Source: Antedon mediterranea (Eukaryota > Animalia > Echinodermata). From it: 64,000 nucleotides of DNA. This document shows positions 46,053 to 59,830 of this stretch, piece by piece (position 1 is the first letter of the stretch; each line of letters begins with the position of its first letter). Below the pieces are notes generated by a model. It made no database searches and was not told where the DNA came from. It worked only from the letters and a program-made list of their open reading frames with translations. Position numbers and translations under genes: made by a program. Where the stretch lies: NCBI RefSeq assembly GCF_964355755.1, contig NC_092675.1, positions 28,926,912-28,990,911 of the forward strand. Direction: 5' to 3'.

Positions 46053-49000
46053 GGCCATATGACATGATGATGTTCCCGATATGATAGCTAGTTTGTTGGT
46101 GATGTTTTCCTGTTGTTCAGTCAAGCCTAGCATACCTTAAATCCAGAAAAATAGAACACACATCGCTTCATAGGTTAGCACCAAAACACACAAGCAAATG
46201 CACATAAATTATTAAAAATTTTACATGCACAATAATACAAAATAGTCAGATAAAATATTTATGCAAGAAAGTTTTGTTGTTAATATAGAATTGATAGCTT
46301 TAATATTTTTCTTATTTGGAATTATAATATATTGAACTATAACATATTCAACCTTAACTTTGTTTATTTATATTACATAATTTCTTTTAGGAAGGGGTTG
46401 GGGGTTGGGAAAGGGTTAGAATTGCATATATTTAAAAACATAATTTAAACATTTTTCAGGATTTTAGTAGCACAGTATTTTTTCAAAAGTACAATTGAAT
46501 GAATTTTAAATAAACAAAGTTTATAAATATGTGAATTTGTAAATATAGTATAGTTGCAAAAAAGCATACCAATTCCTCCAGCATGAGCGTCAATTATGGA
46601 ACATCCAACTGGGATACCAGGATGAAGACCTAAGTCATTAGCAGCACTTGTACTTAAACCATTTCCAACTGGTTCACCAGGGGATAAAACAACATTCCCT
46701 AAAAATGTAATTGTTAAAATTTAAACATGTAAAATAGACATGCTATTGGTTTTGATTTCGGATAATTGAGATTTTAAAATAGAAAAGTATATACTGTAAC
46801 TGTGATGGCTAATAAACTGGATTTTTATGAAGATAATAAATTATGAAAAACTGTCATTTCTGTATTTACATGTAATTAGTTACCCAAATTTCAACTGCTT
46901 ATAATACTAGTTAATATTAATATATTTCATGTAGTAATCTCATTGTTTAATCCGATGTATTTTTAAACTGTTTATTCTTTATTATATGTTTTGTATGGAG
47001 TTGTATAAATAAAAAAAAAGTAAATAATATTTTAGATGAAAATCTTGTCTATTACCTATTTAAGTTATAGGCCTATTAGAGAATGCCTCGTTTGGGAAAC
47101 TCCTATTCAGGCAACACCCCTATTTAGGGGACATCTTTACTGTAAAAGGTAAATATATGTTTTGTTTAACACTACAGCCAACCCCTAAGGGATTTCTTTG
47201 GTCTTAAAGGTGTCTCTTAATAGTGGTTCTACTGTATATTGAAGTAATTTGTTGTATTATGCATTTATTTTTTAAATTTTGAAAATATAATGTAAAACTA
47301 ATTATTAATTAAATAATCTAAAGATGACAAGTTATTACCAATTTTTGCAAAGTCATTAAGCAATAGTTCTTCTAAGCCAATCTGCTTCATGAACGACTCA
47401 TCCCATTGGTTCTTACCATCACTGTCGGCTTGATAGGCCCACTTACAAACTAATGAGCAGAGAGATCTAAAAACAGTGTTATAATAACAATGTAACTGTT
47501 TGTTAAGAAATATTACTATTACATCTTTCCAAAAACTGGATGATCCTCGTCGGCTAACCCAACAAAGGTATAAACAATGTAATTGACTCCATTTTCGGTT
47601 TCAAATCAAATAATTGCTGTATCATACAAATAACTAACTAAGAGACATAGATGAGTTGAATTTTGATAGTAAAATAAACATTCTATTAACTAATTACAAA
47701 AGATTCCTTACTTGATTTGATATCTTACAATTGCAATAATTACAGTAGATTGTAGTAAATGTATGTTTTTTATGCTTTTTTATATTTTTGTATACATTTC
47801 TTAGCTAAGTCGCACTGTTTACTTTCCTACAAAATGACACTGTCATGTGACTTTAATAAATATGTTGTAACATAATTAAGAGAGAACATCTGGATCATAA
47901 AATATTTAATATAATTATTTTGTAAATCCAAGGATCTTTAAATAACATTTGAATACTGTAACATAACGAATATATTTGAATGTCTTAATTATTTACTGTA
48001 TTTGCAATTTTTAACCATCTTTAATGTATTTTTAACCTTTTTATCTGCTGCAGTGTATAAAAAAAGATTTTTTGATTCTGTATTTCAAATTAGAGCAAAT
48101 AAAGATGAAATTGAATTGAATATTGTCTAGTGAAATTACTGAATTCGACTACTTTAAAATTAATCATTTCTGGCAGGTCTTGTAACATCAAGTAAAAGTA
48201 TATTCATAAAGTTGTAGAATTACCTTGTTGTTGATCCAGTTGCCTTGTATGTCATGTAATCTGGAAGATCAAAGAAATTTCCAGCTTTTGCCCAAGTCTC
48301 TGGAAGATTCTTTAAAAAAAACAGTGATGATGAAAAAAGTGATGAATGAAAGGATGTGGTCAGGTGTCAACGTGTATTCAGCAAGAAGGTAAACGTATCA
48401 ACAACGTCAGTACACTACATTTAATTAATCTAACATAAATCTATAAATATCAATTAATACTAATATATAGATAAAAAATGGCTGTGGTTAAGAGAAGCAC
48501 ATCCTCTCTTCTTGCGGCAACATTTCTATAGCGCTGTCTATTTGCATGTCAAAACAATAACATTAAAAATGGCACTTGATATCCGAACTAAAAAAAACAG
48601 TTTGGAAGAACGATAGTATATTGGATCTCAAAAACCAAATTATACCATGTATGCACTGCCATTTCAATGTACCACAATGTTTTAAACTTTTAGGGCACGG
48701 TTTGGTTAAGAGGGCATTATAGTACGATTTGCTTAAATTGAATCATACCTCTTTCAACCACAGAAGCTTTGGTGGTTCCATTTCTAATGACATGCTGCCA
48801 CCAACATATTTTAAGACGTCATGGTGCGTAGCATTGATTCTTTGTGCCTGGGCATGTGCTCTGTGGTCCATCCACATCACAACATTCTGTTCATTGCTTC
48901 CTAGAATGTATTTAAAAATAAATTGTTAAACCTACAGAATACTATAATACTGTAGAGTTTACAAATACACCATACAAACAAAATGTGCATGGTGTGTGTT

Positions 49001-49996
49001 ATTGAACCTCCAGAGTTTTAGGCTGTGTTCGGACATAAAATCAGCTGTAACTGTGGAATACCCTTGAGAGTTAAATTAGTGATCATTCGGACGATGACAA
49101 CAAAAAAACCAGTTTGAAATATACTGTAAAAAAAATCAAAACTTGATATTTTTGATAATTAAAAAGAATTCTTAATTAAAAAGTATTTTTTTACTCTTTA
49201 TTTAAATTTAAAATAAATATGCAAATTAGGCATTTTAAAAACTTTATAAATCAAAACGTACCAGATGGACTAACAGATATTGGTTGGAAATTTGCATCAA
49301 GAGCAACAAGGGAACAAGTTGCATCAAAACCAATTCCTTTTATACATTTCTTGTCGATGTTATTGGTCACTTTCTGTAAAATGATATCAAGTCTTAAACA
49401 CATTAGATATAAGCTTAACAGAAGATTAAATATTTATATCATTATATAATTATAGGGTGAATATAACTTTGATGATGAAAACCAAATTCTGGTATTTTGT
49501 GATCGAGCCCGGTTTGGATACTTAATTTTGAAATTCTTGTTACTCCTCATTGTCTTTGAGTACAATGGTACCATTGTCTACCATTTACTTTCATCATATT
49601 TCCTAGATAATAGAGGGACTTTCTTTTTGGGGGTGGGGAAAGGGGTAGATGGGGAAGGGGTAGATGGGGAGGGGTAATGTTCTTTTAATCTTAGCTGTAG
49701 ACATTCAGTAACCTGGTGGTGCTCCATACAAAATACCAGAAACTGATTTTATCAAGGCCAAAATAAACTAATTCCGAAAGCGTATACAACTCTCAACCTA
49801 TGTATACCTTGACAACTTCACAGCAACAGGCCCAAATATTTTCACTGGACTGTTCATATAACCCTGGTCTGGGTTCCCAAATTTTAATTTCAGCACTTGC
49901 TGAAGATTTTATTTCCCCTTTGTTATCAACAACAGCAGCTCTTACACTGCTAGTACCAACATCAACACCAACAAAGAAACAATTGAAATCTGACAT
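46053..49996 (-). CDS. FGGY: FGGY carbohydrate kinase domain-containing protein (D-ribulokinase), coding exons 1-7 only
   Basis: GT-AG exons: 49996-49808 ([21 protein letters not shown]), 49373-49262 ([11 protein letters not shown]), 48900-48749 ([20 protein letters not shown]), 48309-48224 (FFDLPDY), 47466-47339 (SLCSLVCKW), 46698-46570 (IDAHAGGIG) and 46135-46053 ([13 protein letters not shown]). Phases are consistent. The C-terminal half was not found in the window. Confidence 0.92.
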
Positions 49997-50221
49997 TATT
50001 ACAAGTAATTAACATTAAAATAAAAGTATTTTTTAACATTAAAAAACATTCTATTGATGCAAATTCAGCTGTTCAACCACAAAAACATCACACTCTAGTA
50101 TGTTAAAAAGACGGCACACAGTGTGTAAAAAATGGGTGAATTGCGGATCAACACGATTATGCTTATTCATACCCGGAAATACATAACATTTTACTTTGTT
50201 ATGTAACTTTGTTCGGACAAC
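49997..50221. promoter_or_regulatory. Probable bidirectional promoter for FGGY and UROD
   Basis: Divergent start codons lie only 225 bp apart. ETS-like CCGGAAAT at ~50172. YY1-like ACATGGCTGC overlaps the UROD ATG. Confidence 0.6.
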
Positions 50222-53200
50222 ATGGCTGCGCCCACAAAAGTCAATCTGGAGGTTAGTTGTTTTTGTTTTTTACATTCCATATGATTATATAGAAAGTAAA
50301 TTAGACCAAGATCAGTGAATATCTATAGCTACAGTCCATGATGTATGAGTAATGTCTGTTTAGATAACTTCCTACACTCGCGGTTTATGCTAGGCTGAGG
50401 CCTAGATTATAGATAGAGGAGTATAACTGTAGAATAGGAGGAGAAGCCTCTGTTTAGTGTTGGCCTACACAGCAATGCAGGCAGAGGTAGGCAGTTGGGC
50501 GCGGGCGGGCGGCCTAGCTACCTGACCTTTGGCTGGCTCGGGTAGCCAAAGCTAGGCCCTAATGTGAAGGTGCTTCCTTATTGTTGAAAAGCTGGGAATT
50601 GTTGTATTCATACATTCCTTATAAAAAGTAGTACATTTATTTTAAAAGTATTTTTATAAATTATAAATAAAATATTTTCCATAAAAATAAAATAAAAGAG
50701 ATTGGCCATCTTATTTTTAAAATAATAATGGCCTTTAATTTTCATAGTTCCAGACAGAATTATATCATAATAATTTGCATAATTTGTTTAGTTTCCAAAA
50801 TTGAAAAATGACCTGATTATTCGGGCTGCAAGAGGCGAAAAAACTGAGCGAGTTCCAGTGTGGGCAATGCGGCAGGCCGGCAGATATCTACCTGGTATGT
50901 TGAGCAAATCATTTTCCATTTTAGTTTTGTAAAAAAAAAATTCTGAAAATAAAACATTTATATAAAAAAGTTCTGAATGTGCTAATTTTTTTCTGTTTCA
51001 GAGTTTCGTGAGTTAAGAGCAGAACATAATTTTTTCAAAATTGTGCAGACGCCTCCATTAGCATGTGAAATAACATTACAGGTACAGTTTTATAATTTTT
51101 TAAAACTTAAATTAAATTTAATTAGTTAAAAATTTAAATTAAAAATGGTTATTTTCAATATTTGTTTTCTAGTTATAACTTATGATGACCATTTTCTAGT
51201 TCATGTTATTTATATAAGACATTTTTAATCGGGATACCCGAGTCTAGTACTCTCTCATCTTCTCTACTTCTTCTTCCATCTGGACACTATTGAGCCAACT
51301 TTCAAGTCCTACTAGTTCTTTACGCGCTCTGAAACATGACATGCATATACTAGGGTAATAGGTGAACAAAGCTATAGAGAGAAAATGTTCGCACTTCAAC
51401 CGGATACAGAATTATGACATAATATTCGTCGTAATATAGCCGTGTTTGGTGTCATTTCAAAGGTCTTGTCTTGGAGAATAAGAATATATACAGTAAAACC
51501 TTATTTATGATATTGTGACGTCACTTCTGCTCCCGGAAATTTGGTAGCGAGGTTATTGATGTGTATGTGACGTTACATCATGTCTTATGATGTCATTACA
51601 GCTTCTTTTGCTGTACCCTGAGTATCGCACATTTGTGCTTGTTTATATAAGATTGATTATATAAAAGACACATTTGTTATTTTAAATTAGGTACTTTATT
51701 GATTAGCCAGATGTTTCTGGATTAATTACAACATAAATAAAGAAATAAAAAAAGAAAAAGAAAGTAAAAATAAGTACAGAAAGATATTTCATAGTCTTTA
51801 AATTGAACATTAAATTATATTTTTAGCCTATTAGGCGGTTTCAATTAGATGCTGCTATAATATTTTGTGATATTCTGGTTATCAACCAAGCATTAGGTAT
51901 GGAGTGTGTAATGGTACCAGGAAAAGTAAGTATACAACCTTTATACTAATAGTGTATACTATATGTATGAGTTTAGAAAAAAAATATCACCTGATAGATG
52001 AAAAAAGAATGAAATAAGTAATTCGTACAGCTACATTTCTTTTTGAAAGATATAGATAATGTTATACTTTTTGGAAAAATTTGGCAACATTTAATCACTC
52101 ACAACATTCACTTAAACACGAAAAATTCTGTAAAAGTAACAGCTGATATAAACTACTTAAAAAATATATGATGTAGTTTTAATACAAATATATAAATATC
52201 ATAATGTAATTCACTTTATCCATTTGATAATTTCAAGTGAAATATGTTGCTATTCTCAAATTTATTATTATACATTGATATCTATGTTATAATGAGTTTA
52301 ATTGGTCAATCATTTTTATTTCAGGGACCAACTTTCCCGCAGCCCATTGCAAAACCTGAAGATCTGAAGCGGCTTGACAAAGATGTAAATGTACGAGATA
52401 AACTGAGCTATGTGTTTTCTGCAATAACCTTAACTAGGCAAGAGTTGAAAGGTCAAGTTCCTCTTATAGGCTTTGCTGGAGCACCGGTAAGAAAGAAATG
52501 TTTTCAAGGTTGCTACTATAAAGCTCTGTCTACACTATCAAACTAGTTTAACAAAAAAGTGTGATGTGCCCAAATATGGTAGTGATTGGGCTTTATACAT
52601 TAGATAGAGATTCTGTGTTATCTTCTGTCGGAATAAAACTTTGTAATCTAATATTTCACCATTTTCTTTTTAGTGGACATTAATGGCATATAGCATAGAA
52701 GGAGGGGGATCAAAGACATACTCCAAATCTAAGAAATGGCTTTATACTCATGTTGAAGCAAGCCATCAGTTCCTGCAAATTCTCACAGATGTAATTGTTC
52801 CATATTTGGTGTGCCAGGTAGAAGCTGGTGCTCAGGTAAGATGACTCAATATGATTCATTTGGAAACTTGAAATGAAAAATGAAGATTAATAAATCAGAC
52901 TATAGGTCATTTTGTAGTTTTAATAAACTATTCACTTTTGTAAAATAAAACCACAAAAAATTAATTATTTCACTTATAAAAAGACAAACAAAACGGTTAA
53001 TTTTAACCCAAAACCATTGTCTGACAGACAATTAAAGTGTTGTTTGCGTTAAATTACATTTTTCAGATAAATCAGGTAAATTCTTTATCCAGTTTTTGGT
53101 AAAAGTGAATAATTATTATGTGACATTAAAATGGCATTTTCAACAAAAAATTAAATTTTGTTTATGAGGACAATATTTCTTTATTTAAAATAAATTGAAT

Positions 53201-56200
53201 TGGCTGTCAACATGGACAATTTAAATAAAAATGTGTTTTAGACCGATTTCTTTGCGATTATATTCTACATTTGGTCATTTCTCTGAATTGATTATTAAAG
53301 AGCCCTCAATAAAACATACATACAGTATTTGTCATTTTTGTATTCTTACTGTTTCATGTTTATCAACTTTTTAGTGAAGGTTGTTATGTCAGTTGATTTT
53401 TTAAAAAAATTTTAAAAATACAAAGAAACATTTATAAATTAAGTTCTCATGACAAATTCACTAAAAATAAATTAAAATGCATATAGTAATAAGGATTTTA
53501 AAGAATTAAAATGAACGTTTTTGCATTCCACATAGGCAGGCATTAAAAATGAAATAATGTGAACTAATGGCATTGTGCGTAACATGATTAAAAAGCCTGT
53601 TGATGCAATGTACTGGCAGACCAGAACAAACATAATTTGTGATGGAATTCTAAACTAATTAATGCTTGTCTCAGCTTGGTTTAGATACTGCAGATGATAA
53701 CGGGATGTTCTGAGAACAAAAATTTATGGTTTTATAATTGTGTAACAAAACAATTTTATTACAAAACTTTCATATGTTCTTGGTTTCAATATTTTTTTTA
53801 TAATACAGATTTATCTTTTGAACATGCCGATAATCTATTGTTTTGATCTTAAAGTGGTTTTTATTGATTAATATATATGTTATGTCTCTTTCTAATAGTG
53901 TAATAAGTGCAGCGTTTACCTTTGTACAATTGTTTGTGGCTTGTCAGTTCCTATATGTTCAGTTGAAATTAACAATTGTAAAAATAAAACTTTAAAGATG
54001 TTTAGTGAGATCCAACTTACGCAAATTGCCTCTACAGATGTATTGTGTGTATTGCCCCCAAAAACATGAAAAATTAAGATTAACTAAATCAGACTTTGAA
54101 TAGGTTAGTTTGTAGTTTTAATCAAATTAATCATTGGCTGGCAGCCAATTTTACCATTTTTCACTTTAAATTACAGTTTTTTCAGGTAAATCATTTTTGG
54201 TTAGATGCAATATTTGGTCAAAGTGGATAACTGTTATGTGACATTAAAATTGCAATAAAAAGAAAATGCTCAAATGAATTTAAACTATTGGTCAAGCGTA
54301 AATAATCTGCATAAAACATGAATGTTTGATCCAAAATGACCAGGTTAATGAAGTTTAAAACCCATTAATTTGTATAAGAATGAACTATTGCTATCATTAT
54401 TCTATAATTTTGGTACTGTACTACAGGAGTGAGAATGTAAGGAAGACGATGAAAGCATATTGATCAAAACGTCAAGAAACTTAACAGTTCTTTTCAGAAC
54501 TAATGTACATGGTGTACCGCAAACTTTATATCATATTGATTTCGCTATGCAAACCTTCAAATAAAATGTATTTAATTTTGTTGTTTGACATTATAGCTTT
54601 TACAAGTGTTTGACTCGCATGCTGGTATCCTTGGTAAAGACTTATTCTGTACATTTTCTCTTCCTTACCTGAAACAAATTGTTACAAGAGTCAAGGATTC
54701 ACTTCGATCAAAATCTATCAAACCTGTTCCAATGGTATGTTTACTTTATTTGCATTCATATCTGTCGTCCTAAAATAAACTTGTATAAAAATAAATTTGA
54801 GGCCTTTTCATTTTAATCGTACTGTATAACTGAGGTGTTTTAATATTATATAACAGTTTAGTTATGTGTATACAAATACTGCAGCAATAATTACATGATT
54901 TTTGTGGTCATTTGTACAGCTGCTGCAATACTATAGATATGAACAGCTTATATTGATTGAACTAATAATTTATATAAATTACTATAATATTTCTTAGTTA
55001 AAAGCCAAACTGTTTTACTAATTATGTTTTCTCCTGATATCAAATGTAGGTGTCTCAAATAATTTTTGCTAGTATGTCAACATTTTTATGTCTTAGATTG
55101 TGTTTGCAAAAGATGCGCACTATGGCCTTGAAGAATTAAATAACAGTGGATATGATGTTGTAGGCCTAGATTGGACAATTCAACCTCAGCAAGCACGGTA
55201 AAATGTTACATTGTTTTCCTTAAAAGCTCTGTTTACACTAATCAAAAAAGTGTGATGTTATAACTATGTAATGCTTTTTAAAAACAAGTATTATAGATTT
55301 GAAAGGTCAATACTTACTTTCGTTATGACAAACTGTGAGGCAAGCATGAGATTTCAAAATTACACACTCTTGGTAACATCATGAAACTTAATGCAAAGTT
55401 GTCGAGACACAGATCATCAAGAGTAGCATGAGTCTGCTAAAAACATTGTTTAGCTAGTATCAAGTTCAAGTTCAACTCTCCTCAAAGGGAGACTTTATTC
55501 TGTATATAGGCCAGTGGCTTTAAAACATAAACATTTCTTTAGTGTGTCAGATGTTTGTTTCTTGACACCACATACAATAAAATCTGCTAATGACTTAATC
55601 ATAATTAATGAAACAAAGTAGAACATATTTAAAATTTAATTTGGAATGAGACGATTTCTTTCTTGATTATATAATGGACAGTTAAAAATAAGATAAAAAA
55701 CATCCTCTACTTTTCCTCTTTTACATAGTCTACAAATACAGGGAACATTTATCCATTTACCTATTTGGGCTTCTAAATTCAGAATATCAAGTCTTGCTGT
55801 ATGTGTACAGTATACTAATAGTAATTCATTTGTTTGTAAAATTGTATGAATACCCAGTATGTGTATGAGAATGCTCATACATCATTTACATTATCTCTTT
55901 TACATTATGTCAAGTCCCTGGCATTATGCTCTCAAGATCTCACACCACACACCTGAAATCTCACACTTGTTCACCAATTTCAATCTTTATTTTATTAAAA
56001 CAAAAATTTTGTCAAAGGACTTTGTTTTTCTGGTATGTCTTTTTATGCCTATATTCACCGATTCTGGGCCACAAGTAAAAATGTTACACGGCCACAAAGT
56101 GGGTTAAAATGTCCTGGGCCGACTAGGCTGAAACTTTGCTAGGGTATAACACTATGAATGGTTGCCCTATTTATTATTTTTGGGAAAAAATAAGTAAAAG

Positions 56201-56531
56201 GGAGAGAAGTTATGCTCTAACAGAATCCACAATCCCCAACTCACATACTTAATTTTCGTCACAAAAATTGCAGCTGTATTATTGGTTTAATTTTGCTTTC
56301 AATTTCAGAGCCGTCACGTCCAAAGTTTCTCTTCAAGGTAACTTGGATCCTTGCGCAATGTACTGCAACAAAGATGACCTCACATCAAAAGTTAAGCAAA
56401 TGCTATCACAATTTGGCACCCAGAAATATATAGCTAATTTAGGTCACGGAATGTATCCTGATTTTCCACCAGAAAGTCTAGAAACTTTTGTCAATGCAGT
56501 CCATGAGATATCTGAGAAAATGAACGAATAA
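50222..56531 (+). CDS. UROD: Uroporphyrinogen decarboxylase, 9 coding exons, complete
   Basis: Exons: 50222-50251, 50792-50894 ([13 protein letters not shown]), 51002-51081, 51827-51925 ([10 protein letters not shown]), 52325-52486 (PLIGFAGAP), 52674-52835 ([13 protein letters not shown]), 54597-54734 (LQVFDSHAG), 55097-55197 (VVGLDW) and 56309-56531 ([15 protein letters not shown]). All GT-AG with consistent phase. Confidence 0.95.
55460..55850 (-). mobile_element. 3' fragment of a non-LTR retrotransposon in UROD intron 8
   Basis: The minus-strand ORF ends with C-x2-C..ED..F.CPLY...R, a degenerate version of the C-terminal zinc-binding motif of LINE ORF2. A short (TTGAAC)n tail follows at ~55460-55476. 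Confidence 0.65.
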
Positions 56532-56769
56532 TAAACTCCTAAACAACTGTTTCCAGAAGAATAGAAACATTCCCTAATTTATGTTGTTTATTTGCCAAGC
56601 AAACAATAAAGCAGTACATACCATCCTTGTTAAATATTGTTGAAATAAAAATACATAAAATAAATTCTTATGCATTGTTAGGAAGAACATAGTTACATAG
56701 TTTTTTTTAAATAGATTTATACAAAAACGTACATAGATTAGGTAAAATGTAGTTGAAAATATATATGCA

Positions 56770-56903
56770 ACTGAAAAAATGACAATGCTGTTGGTATCAG
56801 TGGCTGGATCTCAATGGAGATAAAAATAAAATAAGCACTGAAAAAATGACAATGCTGTTGGGATCAGTGGCTGGATCTTATTGGAGATACAAATAAAATA
56901 AGC
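56770..56903. repeat. Two tandem copies of a 67-bp unit downstream of UROD
   Basis: ACTGAAAAAATGACAATGCTGTTGG...AATAAAATAAGC starts at 56770 and 56837. Confidence 0.85.
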
Positions 56904-58644
56904 AAAAAGCTAAATCATTGTCAATTGTTGCTCGAAAGCTCTACTTCGCAAGTGCAAGAAAATATATATAATATATATTTATGAAGCATTCATATAGAGT
57001 TGACAAGAGAAATCACACATATTTGCAAAAAGCCAGGTTGATATAATAGTTTTAGTACACATTATGTTATATTTTTTCAACATATGAAATAAAATGATGT
57101 TATGGATATAATTTTGTCATATGTATTTTCTGTTGTCGTCATATAGTTTAGTTAAACATGACTAGCTTACTACAGTAGTTTACTTGGTAGTACCGTTCAA
57201 TCCGCCATGTGGCAGAAGTGGAGGGTCCAAAGCAAAGCTGGAAATTGCTATAAATGAAGATTTTATTAAGTTGAATATATTTAGTATTGCATTAAAGGGT
57301 TCTCAAGTACAATGGAAGGTCCGTAATTACTACCGAAATCGTACAGAAATTAAGATAAATACCACAGAAATATTTTAAAAATTATGCAAAATTATGATTT
57401 GACCTAAAATAATGAGAAATCCTTGGCGAAACAAAATAATTATGGACAAATGACCTGCACTAAAGAAAGCCCTTCTTCCTCAGGTTTTCACAAATGTAAG
57501 AGTGTCAAAAATGAAACATACTCTGTGGACAGTCACTTTGCACATGCCCAGAAATATGTGCTAAGAATTACTGTTTTACGCAATTCTAATACTCTGAAAA
57601 AATAAAATGTTGGTAATATCAAGACTACTGAAATGAATTAAAGCAAATTGAGAATGACATATTATGGTATACTTTGGAAATTCCCACAACTAAATGGTTT
57701 GGATTTTGCAATTATAATGTGGCACTAATTATTATATGAAACTTCATTTAATCAATTCAGAGAAAACCAAAGTCTAAATGGTATTAATATTGGGCTGTTT
57801 TGAGGGGAAACAAAACAAAATGAGAAATAATAACAATTAAATGTTTTAACAATAAACAAATTCATTCTTGGTTTCACTTATGATCTTATTGCAAAATTCA
57901 GTTATTTAAAAATATTTTGTAATAAATTTAAATAATTTTAAATTGTGTACTGTATTTGATTACCTGCTTTTAGGAAAATATCACTTTTACTAAGGAGATA
58001 AAGCACAATTTAAAACGGCCTTGTTAAAAACACTATATTATTAAGTGAACAAGTTTTCTGTTTTTAAATAAATATATTATTATTATAATAGTAGGTGCAA
58101 TAAGCCAGAGGGTAGCCTCTCCCTACCAGCTTTTTTTGAAGGTGAAAAGAGGGCCTGTTATGACAGAGGAGGCATCCTGAAACCCACTTCCCACCACCCT
58201 ACAACATTCAGGATCCTCTCATGTGCACTGTTCACTATATCAAAATGCCCATTTCTATTCATCCTAATTCTACTAAAGCCAATTACAGTAAAGCTAGTAA
58301 AATTGAGCAGTGCCATGTTTGCTGGATCATGTGATCAACTCATGATTTTAGCTTTAGACAACCAGGTGTCAATCAGCCCATCTCAATGATTTCAATCATA
58401 CTTTCATAAAGACTTTTGATTTGTGTGAAACAGTACAAAAATATTGTTACATTTTGAACCAGAAAGTCTACTAAAAAGTCACTATTAATTTTATAACAGA
58501 CAATTAAGGTCATTAACTGTTCTATGGTATAAAAATTGTCAGAATAAAATAGATAATTCACACTACTTTATTATATCAATTATAAACAAATGGAATATGT
58601 AGTTTTGTTTTTACTATTTTCAATTTGGTGCTACTTGATATTTA

Positions 58645-58805
58645 AGCTCTGTCTACACTATCAAACTTAATGTGACAAAAAAATAAGGTTTGCCCATATA
58701 TGGACACGATGATGTCATACCACTGCCATATTTAAGCACATCAATACCATATTTGGGCACATCACATTTTTGTTGTCAAAATAGTTTGATATTGTAGAGA
58801 AAGCT
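58645..58805. mobile_element. MITE with AGCTCTGTCTACACTATCAAAC termini (partial copies at ~52522 and ~55225)
   Basis: The left TIR is paired with a degenerate right TIR GTTTGATATTGTAGAGAAAGCT. Same family as 59372-59528. Confidence 0.7.
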
Positions 58806-59210
58806 TTACTAATATAATAGGTCAGAGGTTATAGGGCAGACTGGTGACAGTGAATTGAGATGTATGGCCGTGTAAGTTCACCATTTATGCCATTGATTTA
58901 TAAAGATCTTTGATAATCAGTTATCAGATGAATACTAATAAATGTTGTTTTGCTGGCTTGTGTACACTTAAACACACTGTAAACAATAAAATTATTAATT
59001 ATTATTCCATTTATTTTAAAATATAAACAGCAAAATAAGTACATCAGTGATTATTCCATAAGGTTTTAGATACTAATAAACTGCTTTGTCTGGAATTGTG
59101 ATCACATAGCTGTTGGTACTTACTTTCAAATTATCCTGGCTGTTCTTTGGCCTATAATTTTCTTTCTTTATGCTAGTACCATGTGAGAGCCTTTCTGTAA
59201 GTTTGTTTTA

Positions 59211-59368
59211 AGCTGATTTTCCACTAGGCGAATTTGTTCACGCGAATCGAAAGCGTCAGCTTATACGCATGCGTAGAGAGGAATTTGGAAGATGGAAACA
59301 TGAATACGCATGCGTAAACTGACGCTTTCGAATTCGCGCGAACAAATTCGCCTAGTGGAAAATCGGCT
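59211..59368. mobile_element. Palindromic PIF/Harbinger-like MITE
   Basis: ~60-bp imperfect inverted arms (AGCTGATTTTCCACTAGGCGAATTTGTTC / GAACAAATTCGCCTAGTGGAAAATCGGCT). TTA on both sides (59208-59210 and 59369-59371). Confidence 0.8.
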
Positions 59369-59371
59369 TTA

Positions 59372-59528
59372 AGCTCTGTCTACACTATCAAACTACTTTG
59401 ACAAACAAGTGTGATGTGCCCAAATATGGTAGTGATATGCCCAAATATAGTAGTGATATGACATCATGTCCATATATGGGCACATCACATTTTTTTTTCA
59501 CATAAAGTTTGATAGTGTAGACAGCGCT
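59372..59528. mobile_element. Second Harbinger-like MITE abutting the previous one
   Basis: TIRs AGCTCTGTCTACACTATCAAAC / GTTTGATAGTGTAGACAGCGCT, flanked by TTA and TAA. Confidence 0.78.
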
Positions 59529-59830
59529 TAAGATAATATGACTAGTTGCCCCTCTCGCATCACATAGTGTCAACAGCACCAGCTTATTTGGTGTGCGTCC
59601 CAGTGGGTGTAAACTCCAATGTTTTACAATGTGAAAGGAAATAACTTGTAATGTGTCAACAGATTTCAACTGACGTTCTTCAACCAGGGAGATACCTGTA
59701 CTCTATGTACTCCAACTACAGACTGCAACATATGGAATGCTAATTGTGTCGTGTAATGGGTAAACTATTCTTCTTTATGGTCCATTAAACAAAAATCAAT
59801 CAGGAATCATCTCAACATATCTTGAGTTCT

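Noticed and set aside
54430-54480. Penelope-type or hammerhead-ribozyme-like motif (GACGATGA...AAAACGTC)
   Set aside because: The CTGATGA/GAAA core is not intact and no supporting element sequence was recognised.
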